A stretch of DNA of 64,000 nt from positions 29,202,001-29,266,000 of the forward strand of contig OX597839.1 in NCBI GenBank assembly GCA_951406725.2, written 5' to 3'. This stretch comes from Octopus vulgaris (lineage: Eukaryota). Positions 25,339-39,510 of the stretch are shown piece by piece. The notes beneath the pieces were generated by a model. That model saw only the letters and a list, made by a program, of their open reading frames with translations. It was not told the DNA's origin and searched no databases. Position numbers and translations under genes: made by a program. Numbering within the stretch: the first letter of the stretch is position 1; each line of letters starts with the position of its first letter.

Positions 25339-25339
<1 letters not shown>
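24824..25339 (+). mobile_element. Family B SINE, interrupted and internally deleted
   Basis: Head at 24824, resumes at about 25091, ends CAAATGACTGAAACAAGTAAAAGAG. Confidence 0.8.
24861..25090 (+). mobile_element. Family A SINE nested in a family B SINE
   Basis: Full copy; TAAGAAGC repeated at 24845-24852 and 25090-25097 (putative TSD). Confidence 0.85.
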
Positions 25340-25384
<45 letters not shown>

Positions 25385-25386
<2 letters not shown>

Positions 25387-25550
25387 TACCATGTAAAAGC
25401 ACCCAGCAGACCCTGTAAGTGGTTGGCATTAGGAAGGGAATCCAGTCCCAGAGACCAGGCCAAACTAGACTGGAGTCTGGTGTTGCTCTGGTCAAACTGT
25501 CCAACCCATACCAGCATGGATAACGGACGTTAAATGGTGATGATGCTGAT
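25385..25550 (+). mobile_element. Family E retroposon 3' fragment
   Basis: Ends GGACGTTAAATGGTGATGATG. Confidence 0.7.
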
Positions 25551-26288
25551 GATATATAAATGAAAAGACTGGCTTACAAGCAACCATCAACACCACTACC
25601 ACACACACACACACACTTCCCGAGAAAGACCAATAACCAGAAATAGATAGAAAAAGAAGGAACAGAAGTCAATAAAGCCATGAATCAACTTCTCTATGAA
25701 TGGCTGTTTACATCCCACCGTTTTCTTCGTACAATAATGTGATGGATGTCATACAAGCAGGACAAGTCATACAGGAAGTACTACAACTACAACACACATA
25801 ATCACATCGTTAAATAATTCAATTACAAACTAAATCAGGAAGATTACACGTCATGTTTGAGTCAGTGCGAGAGTCTACGCGGTCACTTGTTTTACTAGAA
25901 ATAGCAGCTAAATCTCTTTCGAATCCCATTCTATTGGTGTTTGTTTTTTAATCTCTTATTTTTTCTTCAGTCTATTTATACCAACCCACCCTTGACCGTC
26001 ACTGGTTGTATGACACAAACTTCCTGTTTAAAGTGAGCTAAATTGAAACTTTTCATTAAAACTTTGTCAATTCATGTCCCAACCGTTTTCTCAATAACAA
26101 AGCCTTTTTTTTTAAAAATATTTTTTTATCATTTTCCTATTTACTTGTTTCAATTAAAGTGATGCCAGTACTTATTCCATTGGTCTCTTCTGTTGAAACT
26201 CCAAAGTTATTTGAGATGTAAACAAACCAACACGGGTTGTCAAGTGGTGATAGGGGACAAATAACACACACACATATGTATGTATGTA

Positions 26289-26338
<50 letters not shown>

Positions 26339-26487
26339 TATATATCACCATCATCACCATTTATATATATACATTTAACGTTTGTTTATACACACACATG
26401 TATATATACATACATATATATATATATATATATATTTACAATACTCCCGTATCATATGTATGTGTGTGTATATGTATGCATATATGT

Positions 26488-26831
26488 CTTACTTGTTTCA
26501 GTCATTAGACGATGGCCATGCTGGAGCACAGTCTCAAAGAATTTTAGTTGAATGAATTGACACTTATTTTTTAAAGCCCAGCACTTATTCTATTGGTCCC
26601 TTTTGCCAACCTGCTAAGTTATAGGGGTCATTAACATACCGACCGACACACACACACACACACATATACGACAGGCCTTTTTCAGTTTCCGTCTACCAAA
26701 TCCACCCACAAGGCTTTGGTGGCCCGAGGCAATAGTAGAAGACACTTGCCCAAGGTGCCATGTAGTGGGACTGAACCTGGAACTATGTGGTTGGCAAACA
26801 AACTTCTGACCACATAGATACGTTTGCTCCT
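26488..26831 (-). mobile_element. Family B SINE
   Basis: Near full-length match. Confidence 0.8.
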
Positions 26832-27623
26832 ATATATACATTCCAAAACCCCCCACGATAGGTAAAAATCTGTAAAGTATAAAAAGCATTGTACAGTATA
26901 TTTTTTAAAATTATTTTTATAATTTGTATGTATTTATTTTATTATAAATACAAAACAACACCATGGAGGAATCGACGTGAGTTTAAATAATAAATCACGA
27001 CAGGTGAAGCATGATATGGAGAGGGATTATCACAATCATGAATTATTTTGTGGCTTTGAGACTTCAATAATGTGGTTGTTTATTTAGAGAAGTCCAAAGT
27101 CAGGTAGGTGTGAAAGGCCGGACCTGGCCAGTTTGAACAAAAGACAGAATATTTAGGCTAGATAGGGTTAAAGGGTTAAAAAAAAAATCACCCTACTGAC
27201 ATGGCAATTTCAAAGAACAAACCTATTAAAAACAGAAACACACTCACATCGCAAGTTATACAAACACATTATCACAGAGAGACAGACAGACAGACACAGA
27301 AGCAGAGAGACAGAAAGACAGTGTGTGATCTTATATAATAGCCAGGTTGTTGTCCCCCTTGTAAACGATCCTAAAGAACCTAAGATAAGCCAATGAAAGG
27401 ATATTCCTTCTTCCTGAATGTTTGCCTGCACTAATGGGCAGGGCCAGAGACCATTGTCAAGGCCTTAAGAAGTTATGCCTAACAACCAAAACCTGTCTAT
27501 TCAAAGATTAACAATAGCACATTTCATATAGCTGCCATTTTAGTTCAATACCAGAATATCAGAGTCTCTCTTTCTCTCTCACTCTCCATATAAATATACT
27601 GTATTCATATGTGTGTGTGTGTG

Positions 27624-27681
<58 letters not shown>

Positions 27682-28284
27682 TGTAGTGTATTTTCATTTC
27701 ATCTAGTTTCAGCTCACGAGCTATGGCCATGCTGGAGCACCGCCATTCGTATGTATGTATATATCAAATTGAATTCACAACCGAAAAAGCCACAAATAGT
27801 TTCATGCTTTTATGATACTTGAGCAGGCATATTTATATGATACGCCATGAACCTGAAAGCAATCTTTCAGGTTCTGTTTATGCCTTATATATAATTTTGG
27901 AAAAACCAAGGATGCTGGAGAGTAAGAAAATAAGCAAAAAAAACATGAAAGTTGGTGTAAAAAAATGGAACAAGATGAAAGAAATGAAATGAAGAACTAA
28001 GGCTCTTGACCTCCCTGGTTGCAGAGAGCTCATTACAAACACACACAAATATTATACATATATCATCACCATCATCATTTAATGTCCATTTTCCATGCTG
28101 GTATGGGTTGGACGGTTTGACAAGAGCTGCTTGGCACCATGTCTGCTTTGGCAGGGTTTCTACAGCTGGATGCCCTTCCTAACGCCAACCACTCCGTGAG
28201 TGTAGTGGGTGCTTTTTACATGCCACCAACATGAGGGCCAGTCAGGTGATACACACATACATATATACAGACATATATATATAT

Positions 28285-28315
<31 letters not shown>

Positions 28316-28368
28316 CACACACATATATATACATAGACATACATGTGCGTGTTTTTGTGTATGCATAT

Positions 28369-28955
<587 letters not shown>

Positions 28956-29166
28956 GGCAATGGCCTAGTGGTTAGGGCAGCGGACTTGCGGTCGGAGGAT
29001 CGCGGTTTCGATTCCCAGACCGGGCGTTGTGTGTGTTTATTGAGCGAAAAAAACACCTAAAAGCTCCACGAGGCTCCGGTAGGAGGTGGTGATCCCTGCT
29101 GTACTCTTTCACCACTCTGAAGGCGGTGCTCCAGCATGGCCGCAGTCAAATGACTGAAACAAGTAC
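28956..29166 (+). mobile_element. Chimeric SINE: family C 5' part joined to family B 3' tail
   Basis: Family C to about 29118, then AAGGCGGTGCTCCAGCATGGCCGCAGTCAAATGACTGAAACAAGTA and poly(A). Confidence 0.75.
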
Positions 29167-29188
29167 AAAAAAAAAAAAAAAAAAAATA

Positions 29189-30560
<1,372 letters not shown>

Positions 30561-30982
30561 ACATTCTTATGCATACATGTATTCACACACAGGCAGCGAC
30601 CTCAATCTGTCTACTTGGTCTATTTCCTTCTTTCTCTCTCTAAGCAGGGCGGAAGGAAGAGGAGCCAGAAACACATTTTATTTACAGAACTATCTTTAGC
30701 AAATAATTCTACACACGATAATGTACCTTGCCTACACAGGAATAACAAACAACAGCTCGTGATTTCACCCAAAACACATCAAATGTATCCAGGTAAATTA
30801 TATATGTATGTATATATATATATATATACACACACATACATCAACATCTGTTAATGCATGGTTATAAGCGTCTAAGTGATTGCATGTGAGCATATATGTG
30901 TATGTGGCTGCTTTTCTGTGTGTATGAGCACCTGTACATAGATAGATAAGTAGACCAATGGTTATATAAGGACTGAACTAAC

Positions 30983-31056
30983 CTCTTCGTAGAAGTTGAT
31001 TTCGGCAATAGGCACGTCACTCCCATTGTTACAAAAATCCTTAAATAAAAGATAAC
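30983..31056 (-). CDS. GRK2: Internal coding exon (74 nt, phase 1 to phase 0) of a GRK2/3-type G protein-coupled receptor kinase (beta-ARK/Gprk1 family), RGS-homology domain; equivalent to vertebrate GRK2 exon 3
   Basis: Minus strand reads ACTCAT-TTTTATTCTTTCTTTTTGCTATTTCAG|GT TAT CTT TTA TTT AAG GAT TTT TGT ... TTC TAC GAA GAG|GTTAGT: branch-like motif, polypyrimidine tract, AG acceptor and GT donor. Translation (G)YLLFKDFCNNGSDVPIAEINFYEE aligns without gaps to human GRK2 [25 protein letters not shown] (recalled), with the exon length and phase I recall for GRK2 exon 3. The symbol denotes the family; the paralog (beta-ARK vs rhodopsin kinase copy) is not resolved. Confidence 0.92.
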
Positions 31057-31106
31057 CTGAAATAGCAAAAAGAAAGAATAAAAATGAGTGTGCATATATA
31101 TATGTT

Positions 31107-31144
<38 letters not shown>

Positions 31145-31574
31145 TGTGTACATATATATATAGATAGGGTAACAATGAAATGACTGTTTTTTATTTCAAA
31201 ATCAACAAGATCAAGCAGAACAAGACGGATATCAATAAAATTGTTTGTAGTAGGTAGTAGGAATTTTTTTTCAGCAGGTGAATAATAAAGATTTTAAATA
31301 GAGACCTAGGGGTGGGGGGAAGTGGGTACAAATGTCTAAAAAAAACAAAAAAAAAAAACTGGGAAAACACACAAACTGAATTGCCTTCAGTACATAATTC
31401 ACATAATTCAAACTTTTTATATTATGATCATAGCATGAATTGAAGACATAACAAAAAGAGAGGAAGGAGAGAGAGAGATTCAGCAAGAGAGAGTGAAGGC
31501 AACCTGCGTAAGAGGACAGTAACTCTGTAAAAAATGTAAAGAGCTGGTGAATGACACTTCAGTCTTAGCATGGA

Positions 31575-31794
31575 TACCCTAATAATTGGGTTTGAATTTT
31601 GGGCACAAGGCCAGCAATTATAGGGCACAGTGCAAGTCAATTACATCAATTCCCCCCTCCTCCCAGCACCTGCTCAATTTTATCGATCTCAAAAGGATGA
31701 AAGGTAAAGTCGACCTTGGCAGAATTTGAACTCAGAACGTAAAGACATGAAATGCTGCTAACAATTCTGCCAGCTCATGGCCTAACAATTAATT
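31575..31794 (-). mobile_element. Family A SINE
   Basis: Reverse complement of the family A head and core. Confidence 0.75.
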
Positions 31795-33387
31795 ACAAGG
31801 TAAACTTTGGCAGAAATGCTCAGGCCAGGTTCCCAGTCTGAAGACCCTCAGATATATATCACGGGCACCACCCTATGTCCTCTGAATAGTCAGTCCACAT
31901 TACTCTGTAAGGAGCAAAGGCCCAGTTTCCTTGATTCTCTGGTGTATATATATTCCTCCTTGGATAGGACACCGGTCAGTTGCAGGATTACTCAATTTTG
32001 ATCAGTTGAGGGGCCTGGAACAATGTGAAATGAAGGGTTTTGCTCAGGAATTGAAACCACACTGTTATGAGCATAAGTGCAACACCCTGACCATTAAGCC
32101 ATGCACCTCCACAGGTCCTCTGAATAGGTTGTTACAAATTAAGTAGGAGTGGGGAGGCACAAAAGAAAAAAAACAAACAAGTACCAGTTCCAATACTTTC
32201 AGCCTATCAAACTAGAGACTTGGAGGTAATTTTTCATTGATTTGGAATTAATGATGAGAGAGAGAGAGAGAGAGAGAGAGCCTATTATCAAAGTGGAAAT
32301 TATTTCCTGATTGATAGAAACTGTAATTACGAAAGAAAACAATTAAAATAGAAGAGTTAAATGAATAAAAAAAATGCAAGAAAAAAAAGCATTTTGGAAA
32401 ATTACAAGAGTCTGGTGAAAGATGAACAAAAAAAAAAAAATTGTGTATATTCTGTTGTATGAATGGCTATATGTCGCTATAAACATGCATGCACATGTGT
32501 GTGTGTATGTACATACATGGACATATACCCTTGTGCATGAGTGTTTAGTTCTTACACGCAGTTTTCCATGCCACCATGGATCAGATGAGATATTGTTTTA
32601 CAGCCGGAAGCCTTCCCCACCACTTTTGCTAACCCTTACATGTTTTTCTTTGAAGTTAGGGGATCTCTTATTCCACACATCTTTGAAGGCGCAAAGCCAG
32701 TGAGTAGGTAACCCATTGACAGGAGAAAAGACAGTAGTTTCACCACCTGTAGTTGAGTGAAGTTTTGGAGCAGCAGGGTATTGTTTTACAGGTGGAATTT
32801 TCCACCCCTACCACCACCATCAGTCGCTAACCTGTTTTTCAAGTAACGGACCTCTTATTCCACATCTTTGAAGATGTGAAGCCAGTGGGTAGGTAATCTA
32901 TTGACCGGGGAAAAACACAATATGAACAAACACTCAGGGTATTGCTTCACAGGTGGAAGTCCCTATCCCCCCGCCAGAGCTGATGGGTAACCCATTGATG
33001 GGGGAAATGACAGTACCGTCACCACCTATTGCTGAGTGAGGTTTTGGAGAAGCACAATGTGGTCAGACAGATACATGTGCATGTTCGGCATCCTTTGTGG
33101 TTAATTGTGCTTTTTGCCCTTTAATGAAGACATACTACCCAACCAATGCCAGCATGGAAAATGAATGTTAAATGATGATGACGACCCATATTATGTGAAT
33201 GCTGTAGAGATGCTGTACGTAGTTCCTAGCTACATAAAGCACCTCCACATTTTTGTCTTGAGCACACCTGTGTGTGTGTGTGTGTGGTACATTTATGTCG
33301 TTGAGAGTGAAGGCTGGTGATAGGTGATACTCCCTGATGTTGCTGGTAAGAAGGGGCAGCAAAAGATTGGGTTGGCAGATGCTACCT

Positions 33388-33616
33388 TTAACCCTTTAGT
33401 GTTCACATTATTCTGCCAAAATTAATGCTTTTTCATCCACTTTGTTTTGAACTAATCATGCATTATCTTGTAGCTATGAGATTTTGATGAGGTAGCTGTT
33501 AATTTTTAAAACGATATTGTAGGGTTGGTGTGAGAGACCAGATCTGGCCAGTTTGAACATAAAACAGGCAGAATACTTTTGGCCGGATATGGCCGGTTTA
33601 AATGCTAAAGGGTTAA
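33388..33616. mobile_element. piggyBac-like MITE with TTAA target-site duplication
   Basis: TTAA-CCCTTTAGTG ... GCTAAAGGG-TTAA. Partial copies of the same internal sequence at about 7080-7264, 9170-9270 and 26990-27180. Confidence 0.8.
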
Positions 33617-34679
33617 AGCCTATGGCTTGCAGAGCCAGGAAGGGTCAGAATAGATATGCAGCAGTTTCTGGTGAATGGGATGGTATGGGTGGGGGTGGGG
33701 GGTGGGGGATGTAAATGTGATGCCATCTGAGTGGGAGGCTGACTGTATTTTGCTATTTCTATATTTTGTGTGGAAAATGCGGGAATGTTGTGTAGGTGTA
33801 GCTTTACATTTTTGTGTTAGCATAGATTGAAAACAGTGGGTGAGGAGACGGATCCATTGGGAACTCCACTAGGGACTTTCAGGCTCTGGAAGAGTAGCTC
33901 TCGTACACGACACAAGCTTGGCAACCTGACAATCAGTTAGTTTTGCCAGCCGGAGTTTTTGTGTTGTTTTCTTGAAGTGGTGGTGAGATTTTTCATATTT
34001 TCACGAGTGGATAGAAGGGTGGTGGATAGAAGGGTGGTGGAACGGAGTTAAAAGCATTGCTGACGTCAATGGTGGTTCAGAATGGTGGTACGTGTGGGAA
34101 GTTGGTTTTGTTTGTTTGTGTTGTTGTTGAAGCTATGGTGTATTTTTCTGGGTTAGGTTTGTGGAGTAAAATGTGGCTGGTTGAGTGCAGTGGCCTGAAT
34201 CCATATTCTGATATGGAACAGAGAACGAGTGAGAGATACTAATGTCAAGGATGTTAACCTTCCGAGAAGATCTGAAGGTGTGCAGAGGTGTGGGCACAAC
34301 CGTTTTTAACAATGGAACATGAAGACTAGTCTCTGTGGAGCATTTGGCTACAGTTTCTTGCAGGTCAGATGGATAGAAGCTTCCTTGTTAGCAGCTGATC
34401 ATTCCATATATAATTGATAGTACTGGAAGGATACCTTTTTTTTTTATCTATGGACCCCTTTGATTGCTATTTCATTCTGGTAGACCCCCCATTCAGTGTT
34501 TAAAAACCTGTTTTATAGAAACCACTTCAAGATCCCTAATTTGTTCATCGCACATCAACTGGTGTAGGTTGAATCTATGTAAAATGGCAGAGAAAGCAGT
34601 TTCTTGCAATACATACCAACACATACATCTAAACCAATATTTCTTCAGATTCTCAACCATAGAGAAGAAGGAAGAAATA

Positions 34680-34732
<53 letters not shown>

Positions 34733-34875
34733 GGATTTCTAACACAACATTCACTGACTCTCAACATTCGTCTGCATGGTTTCCAGCATGTGGCTAAATC
34801 TTGCTGATGCTAGAAAAGGAAAACTCGATACGTTTCTCAAATCAAGGATTTTGAAGATAATGATAATAATAATAA

Positions 34876-35089
34876 TAATCCTTTCTATTATAGGCACAAG
34901 GCCTGAAATTTGGGGGAAGGGGATAGTCGATAACATTGACCCCAGTACTGAACTGGTACTTAATTTATCGACCCCGAAAGGATGAAAGGCAAATTGGCCT
35001 TGGCGGAATTTCAATTCAGAACGTAATAACGGGTGAAATACCGCTAAACATTTCACCTGGTGTGCTAACAATTCTGTCAGCTCACCGCC

Positions 35090-35091
<2 letters not shown>
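34876..35091 (-). mobile_element. Family A SINE, between (AAT)n tracts
   Basis: Reverse complement of the full family A sequence. Confidence 0.85.
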
Positions 35092-35126
<35 letters not shown>

Positions 35127-35139
35127 TAATAATAATAAT

Positions 35140-35703
35140 AAATGCCCTGATGCAGTACCAGGCAGTGGCTCTCATGGCTTTTGATCTTAACTGATTGGAA
35201 GCGTTATCATGCACATTGTTTTGTGTTGGTATATAAGATGGGCTACAGCAAATATTCTGCTCAATACCACAGATTTGCTTGTCAGTTGTTTGACCTTAAC
35301 CAGTTCAGCACGTTCCTTGGTGGCTGACGATATGTGCATCTCTGATCACGAGAAGAAGTAGTGGGGGAGCATCATAGCCATGTGTTGAGTGGGATTCTTT
35401 GGGGTTTGAATAATACACCTCTGGAAACATGGGTGTTTCATTCAACATCCTTAAACAACCCTTATTCAGGGACCTTTTGAGCAGGATGGGCTACTTGACC
35501 CAAAGAAAATTCTAACTGGTTTCCACCTGCAAGGTCATGCAATGTTTTTCTTGATAATGAGATCACCATGTTGCGCATATATGGTTTTGATGCATGTGCT
35601 TGGTGTACCCTTACCAGACGGGTAGTCATGATGGGTACACTGGGCTTTGTATATTTTACTCCAGTGTCACGTTGATGGCATGCACTGCTCTCTCACTCAA
35701 TAA
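35140..35703 (-). mobile_element. Non-coding interspersed repeat inserted in an (AAT)n tract, possibly Dong/R4-associated
   Basis: Flanked by (AAT)n on the left and AATAAT on the right. Its end sequence TTATTGAGTGAGAGAGCAGTGCATGCCATCAA recurs at 20618-20650, also beside (ATT)n. Family assignment is inference. Confidence 0.55.
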
Positions 35704-36600
35704 TAGTCTGACTTAGACACTTTATTTGTGTCAATCCTGAGAATATGAATGACAAGGCAAGAATACAAGCATTTTGCTAGGCAGCCACCCAGTCCTCCAT
35801 TTGATCTCACTGTGCTTCTACCATCAATCTCCATGGATATTGTTTTAACCATTTTCTCTCTTGTTCTGTCCCCCCCCCCCCTTGCCCCATTATTCTTTCT
35901 CTATTTTTTTCATATTTATCGTAAATATTTTCTTTCATAATTACAAATTATATCGTTCAAGAAATAATTTCCACTTAGATAATGCTAGTGTTTTTTTCGG
36001 TTTTTTTAGTTCATTTATTTATTTTACCTAATACATAATTAATTACAAATCAATGAAGAATTACTAAGCCAGTACATTGATAGTCTGAAAAGATAGTAAT
36101 TAGCAGTTTTTGTCAAATTCCAACCCTGCCATTAAATGGCTTATTCATGGGATAGAGGCATCCTTTGACCTGCAAGAAAATGCAGCCGAACCTTCCCTCA
36201 AATACTACCGCCATACCATTCTAAAATGGTTGTTAGTTAACATTGTTCCAGTGTCTGCTACTGTAGCCTTGGGTCGAGCAATATTAAAAGACAATGGATA
36301 TAATGGGCTGAAATTGTGCAGAAGCCAGTTGTGTGTGTTTAATTATAAACGAGAGAGCATTTTGCACCAGAAGCCAGCGGGAGAGTTTCTCTCATCTCAT
36401 CTACAGCCGTATAGTTTGTTCGATTAGAACATCCACGTTTAGGTGGGCATAAATATAAATATATATATATATACACACACACAAACAATATATATATACA
36501 AATATGTATGTGTGTATATACAAACATATGCACACACACACACACACAGAGTCACATATATAAATATATAGTCATATATACATATAACACAGCCATATAT

Positions 36601-37070
36601 ATCATCATCATCATCATCATCGTTTAGCGTCCGTTTTCCATGCTAGCATGGGTTGGACGGTTCTACTGGGGTCTGTGAAGCCAGAAGGCTTCATTAGGCC
36701 CAGTCAAATCTGGCAGTGTTTCTACGGCTGGATGCCCTTCCTAACGCCAACCACTCCGTGAGTGTAGTGGGTGCTTTTTACGTGCCAGACAGAGCTGGCA
36801 AACGGCCACGAACGGATGGTGCTTTTTATGTGCCACCGGCATGAGGGCCAGGCGAGGCTGGCAATGGACACGAACGGATGGTGCTTTTTATGTGCCACCG
36901 GCACGAGGCCAGTCGGGACGGCTCTGGCAACGGTCGCGAAACGGAAGGTTCTCTTACATGCCACCGGCACTGGTAACACATCTGCAATTTCCATTGATCG
37001 ATTTCGATTCTGATCCTCACTTGCCTCAACAGGTCTTCACAAGTAGAGTTTCGACATGCCACCGGCACTG
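36601..37070 (-). mobile_element. Family E retroposon with internal tandem GGTGCTTTTTA(C/T)GTGCCACCGGCAC units
   Basis: Longest copy, 4-5 internal units. Confidence 0.8.
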
Positions 37071-37103
<33 letters not shown>

Positions 37104-38319
37104 TTCATGTACATATATACATATCATCATCTTTACCATCATCATTCAAAGCTGCTTTCCATGCTGGCATGGGTTGGACGGTTGACCGGAAGGATGCTTG
37201 GGGGGCTACTGGAAGGATGCTTGGGGACCACTGAAAGGATGTTTCAGGGCCACATGGGACCCTCTGAGTTGCGGTTAAGAACTGCTGGGCTACAACCTGG
37301 TGCTGTGTTGAGCCTTGGTTTTGTCCCCATAACCTGGAGGTTTGACAAATAGTGATTGTTAAAGCCAGAGGACCACACTGAATTAGGTTGTGGGTGGATA
37401 GGGGCCAGGTGGGGGTGGCGCGCGCATATGTGTGGTGTCAATGAGATGATTGTCCCTCTAACCCTCCCACCAAAAAAAAAAAAAAAAAAAAAAAAAGAAA
37501 CCCTTGAAGGGTGACGTAGCAGCTACAATTAAATGAGTGAAACCAATTCAATGAAGAATTAAGAGTGTAATGAAGGAATACACAATGTCTTTTATTTATT
37601 TACCTTGGAACATATAAACACATACCACCTCCACAAGATATGCAGTTTGTAGCTGCAATACCACCACCACCACCACCACCACCACTGCTACTATTAATGG
37701 AAGTATCAACATCATTACTTCCAATAGAATAATAGTTGCTGCTACTACTACTGCTGCTTTCCCATTATGGTATCTATTGCTACTACTACTGCCACAACTA
37801 TGAATCGTACTCTGCATCATTACCACCATCACCATCACCATCACCACGGCTACTGCCACCATCACCCCCCCCCCCCATTCCACTCATTACTCAGACACTG
37901 TCAATCAAAAGCATGAAATAAATATGAAGAAAATAAAATAAATAAAAAATTAAATTTTCAAAAAAAATAAAATAAAAGAGGCAAAAAAAGGCCCCTTAAA
38001 GGCAGCAAGAACTGGGGTGAGGATGAAGTGGGGGTGGGGGGTGTTGAGACATGTAAAGAACCTCTTTCATACCGACAGTGTTCAGAGAGGAAGAGGAGGA
38101 GGTTGGAGAATAAGACTGAGGATGACAGGAGGAGGAGGAGGAGGAGGAGCAGGAGACAGCGAGAGGATGTCTCAGCTTCCCAGATAGCGCGACACGAGCG
38201 CAGCAGGCTTTGCACGGCTGCAGCAGCAGCAGCAGCAGAAGAGGAAGCATTGGATGATGGGAAGGCATAAGGTCTTGGGGGGGGTGGGGGTGGTGGTAGG
38301 AACTGTTACTGTTGTGCAT

Positions 38320-39510
38320 TGATGTATGTATATGTATGAATGTATGTGTATGTATGTGTGTGTATATGTGCGTGTGTTGATGTATGTATTTATGTATGAA
38401 TGTTAGTGTGTGTTAATGTATGTATATGTGTGTGTGTGTGTGTTGATGTATGTATGCACATGTGTTGGTTTATGTGTGTGTGGAAAACTCGATAAGTACA
38501 AGCATTAGAGCACATATTATGACAGTATGTATGCGTAAGCATGTGTGTGTGTGTGTATGTAGCTATGTGTAAGTGAGTGCCTGTGTGTTCATGTATTTAT
38601 GTGAGTGTGTGCATGTGTATATACGAGTCAATGTATGTGTAACAGAGTGTCTCTATGTGGCTATATGTGTTAGTATGTGCGTGTATGTGTGTCTGTGTGT
38701 TAGCACATGCATGAGTGGGAGTGCACATGCATTAGTGCACACCTAAGTGACAGCATATATGCATATATGTGTATGAGTCAATGTGTGCATGTATGAATCT
38801 GTATGTGTATGGGTCTGCGTTAGGAAATATGTGTGTGTGTGTATATATATATATATATACACTTGACACAATGTGTATGAACTTGTGTATGTGTGTGTTA
38901 GTTCAAGTATATGTCGGTGTTTTATGCAAATGTATATATATATATATATGCGTTTATATGCATTTGTGTGCACGTACAAGTAAAAGTGTATGCATGTGTA
39001 TGTGTGTATGTGTCAATATAGATGTATGCATGTGTGTGTGTGTGTGTTGGTGTACATGTATGTGTTAATGTGTTGAATGCGACAGTACGTGCAAATGTGC
39101 ACGTCAGTGCATGCTTGGGTGCATGCGCATGATGCGTCAGTGTGTCTGTCCACGGTTTGTTGTCGTTTAATGTTGGGATATGAGCAGAGACAATAAAACT
39201 GTGTGTGTGTATGTTTCTGCATGCATGTGTGTGTCTGTGCATGATTGTGTGTGTATGCGTAAATGTGTGTGCGTGTGTACATGGTTAGTGTTCCTGCACA
39301 TAAACTGTTACTGTTGTTAGGTAAAGCAATGTGTGTGTGTGTGTGTGTGTGTGCATATATGCTTGTATGTGTACGTATGTAAAAGGTAGAACGTTGAACA
39401 TGTAGATGTGGTGTGTGTGTGTGTGTGTGTGTGTACACACGTGCTTGTGATTAAGTGTGTGTAAGTGTGTGTGCACGCGTGCTTCTGGATTGTGTGTGTG
39501 TGTGCATGTG
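38320..39510. repeat. Degenerate (TG)/(TATG) low-complexity tract
   Basis: About 1.2 kb of alternating purine-pyrimidine sequence. Confidence 0.85.

Noticed and set aside
28956-29025. tRNA-Arg-like cloverleaf
   Set aside because: Continues into a SINE body shared with other copies; no proper acceptor stem.
35455-35560. HDV-like ribozyme in the AAT-inserted element
   Set aside because: Could not build P1/P1.1/P3 with the required loop sequence by eye.
36760-36975. CRISPR-like repeat/spacer appearance
   Set aside because: Eukaryotic retroposon interior; spacers are homologous among dispersed copies; no cas genes.
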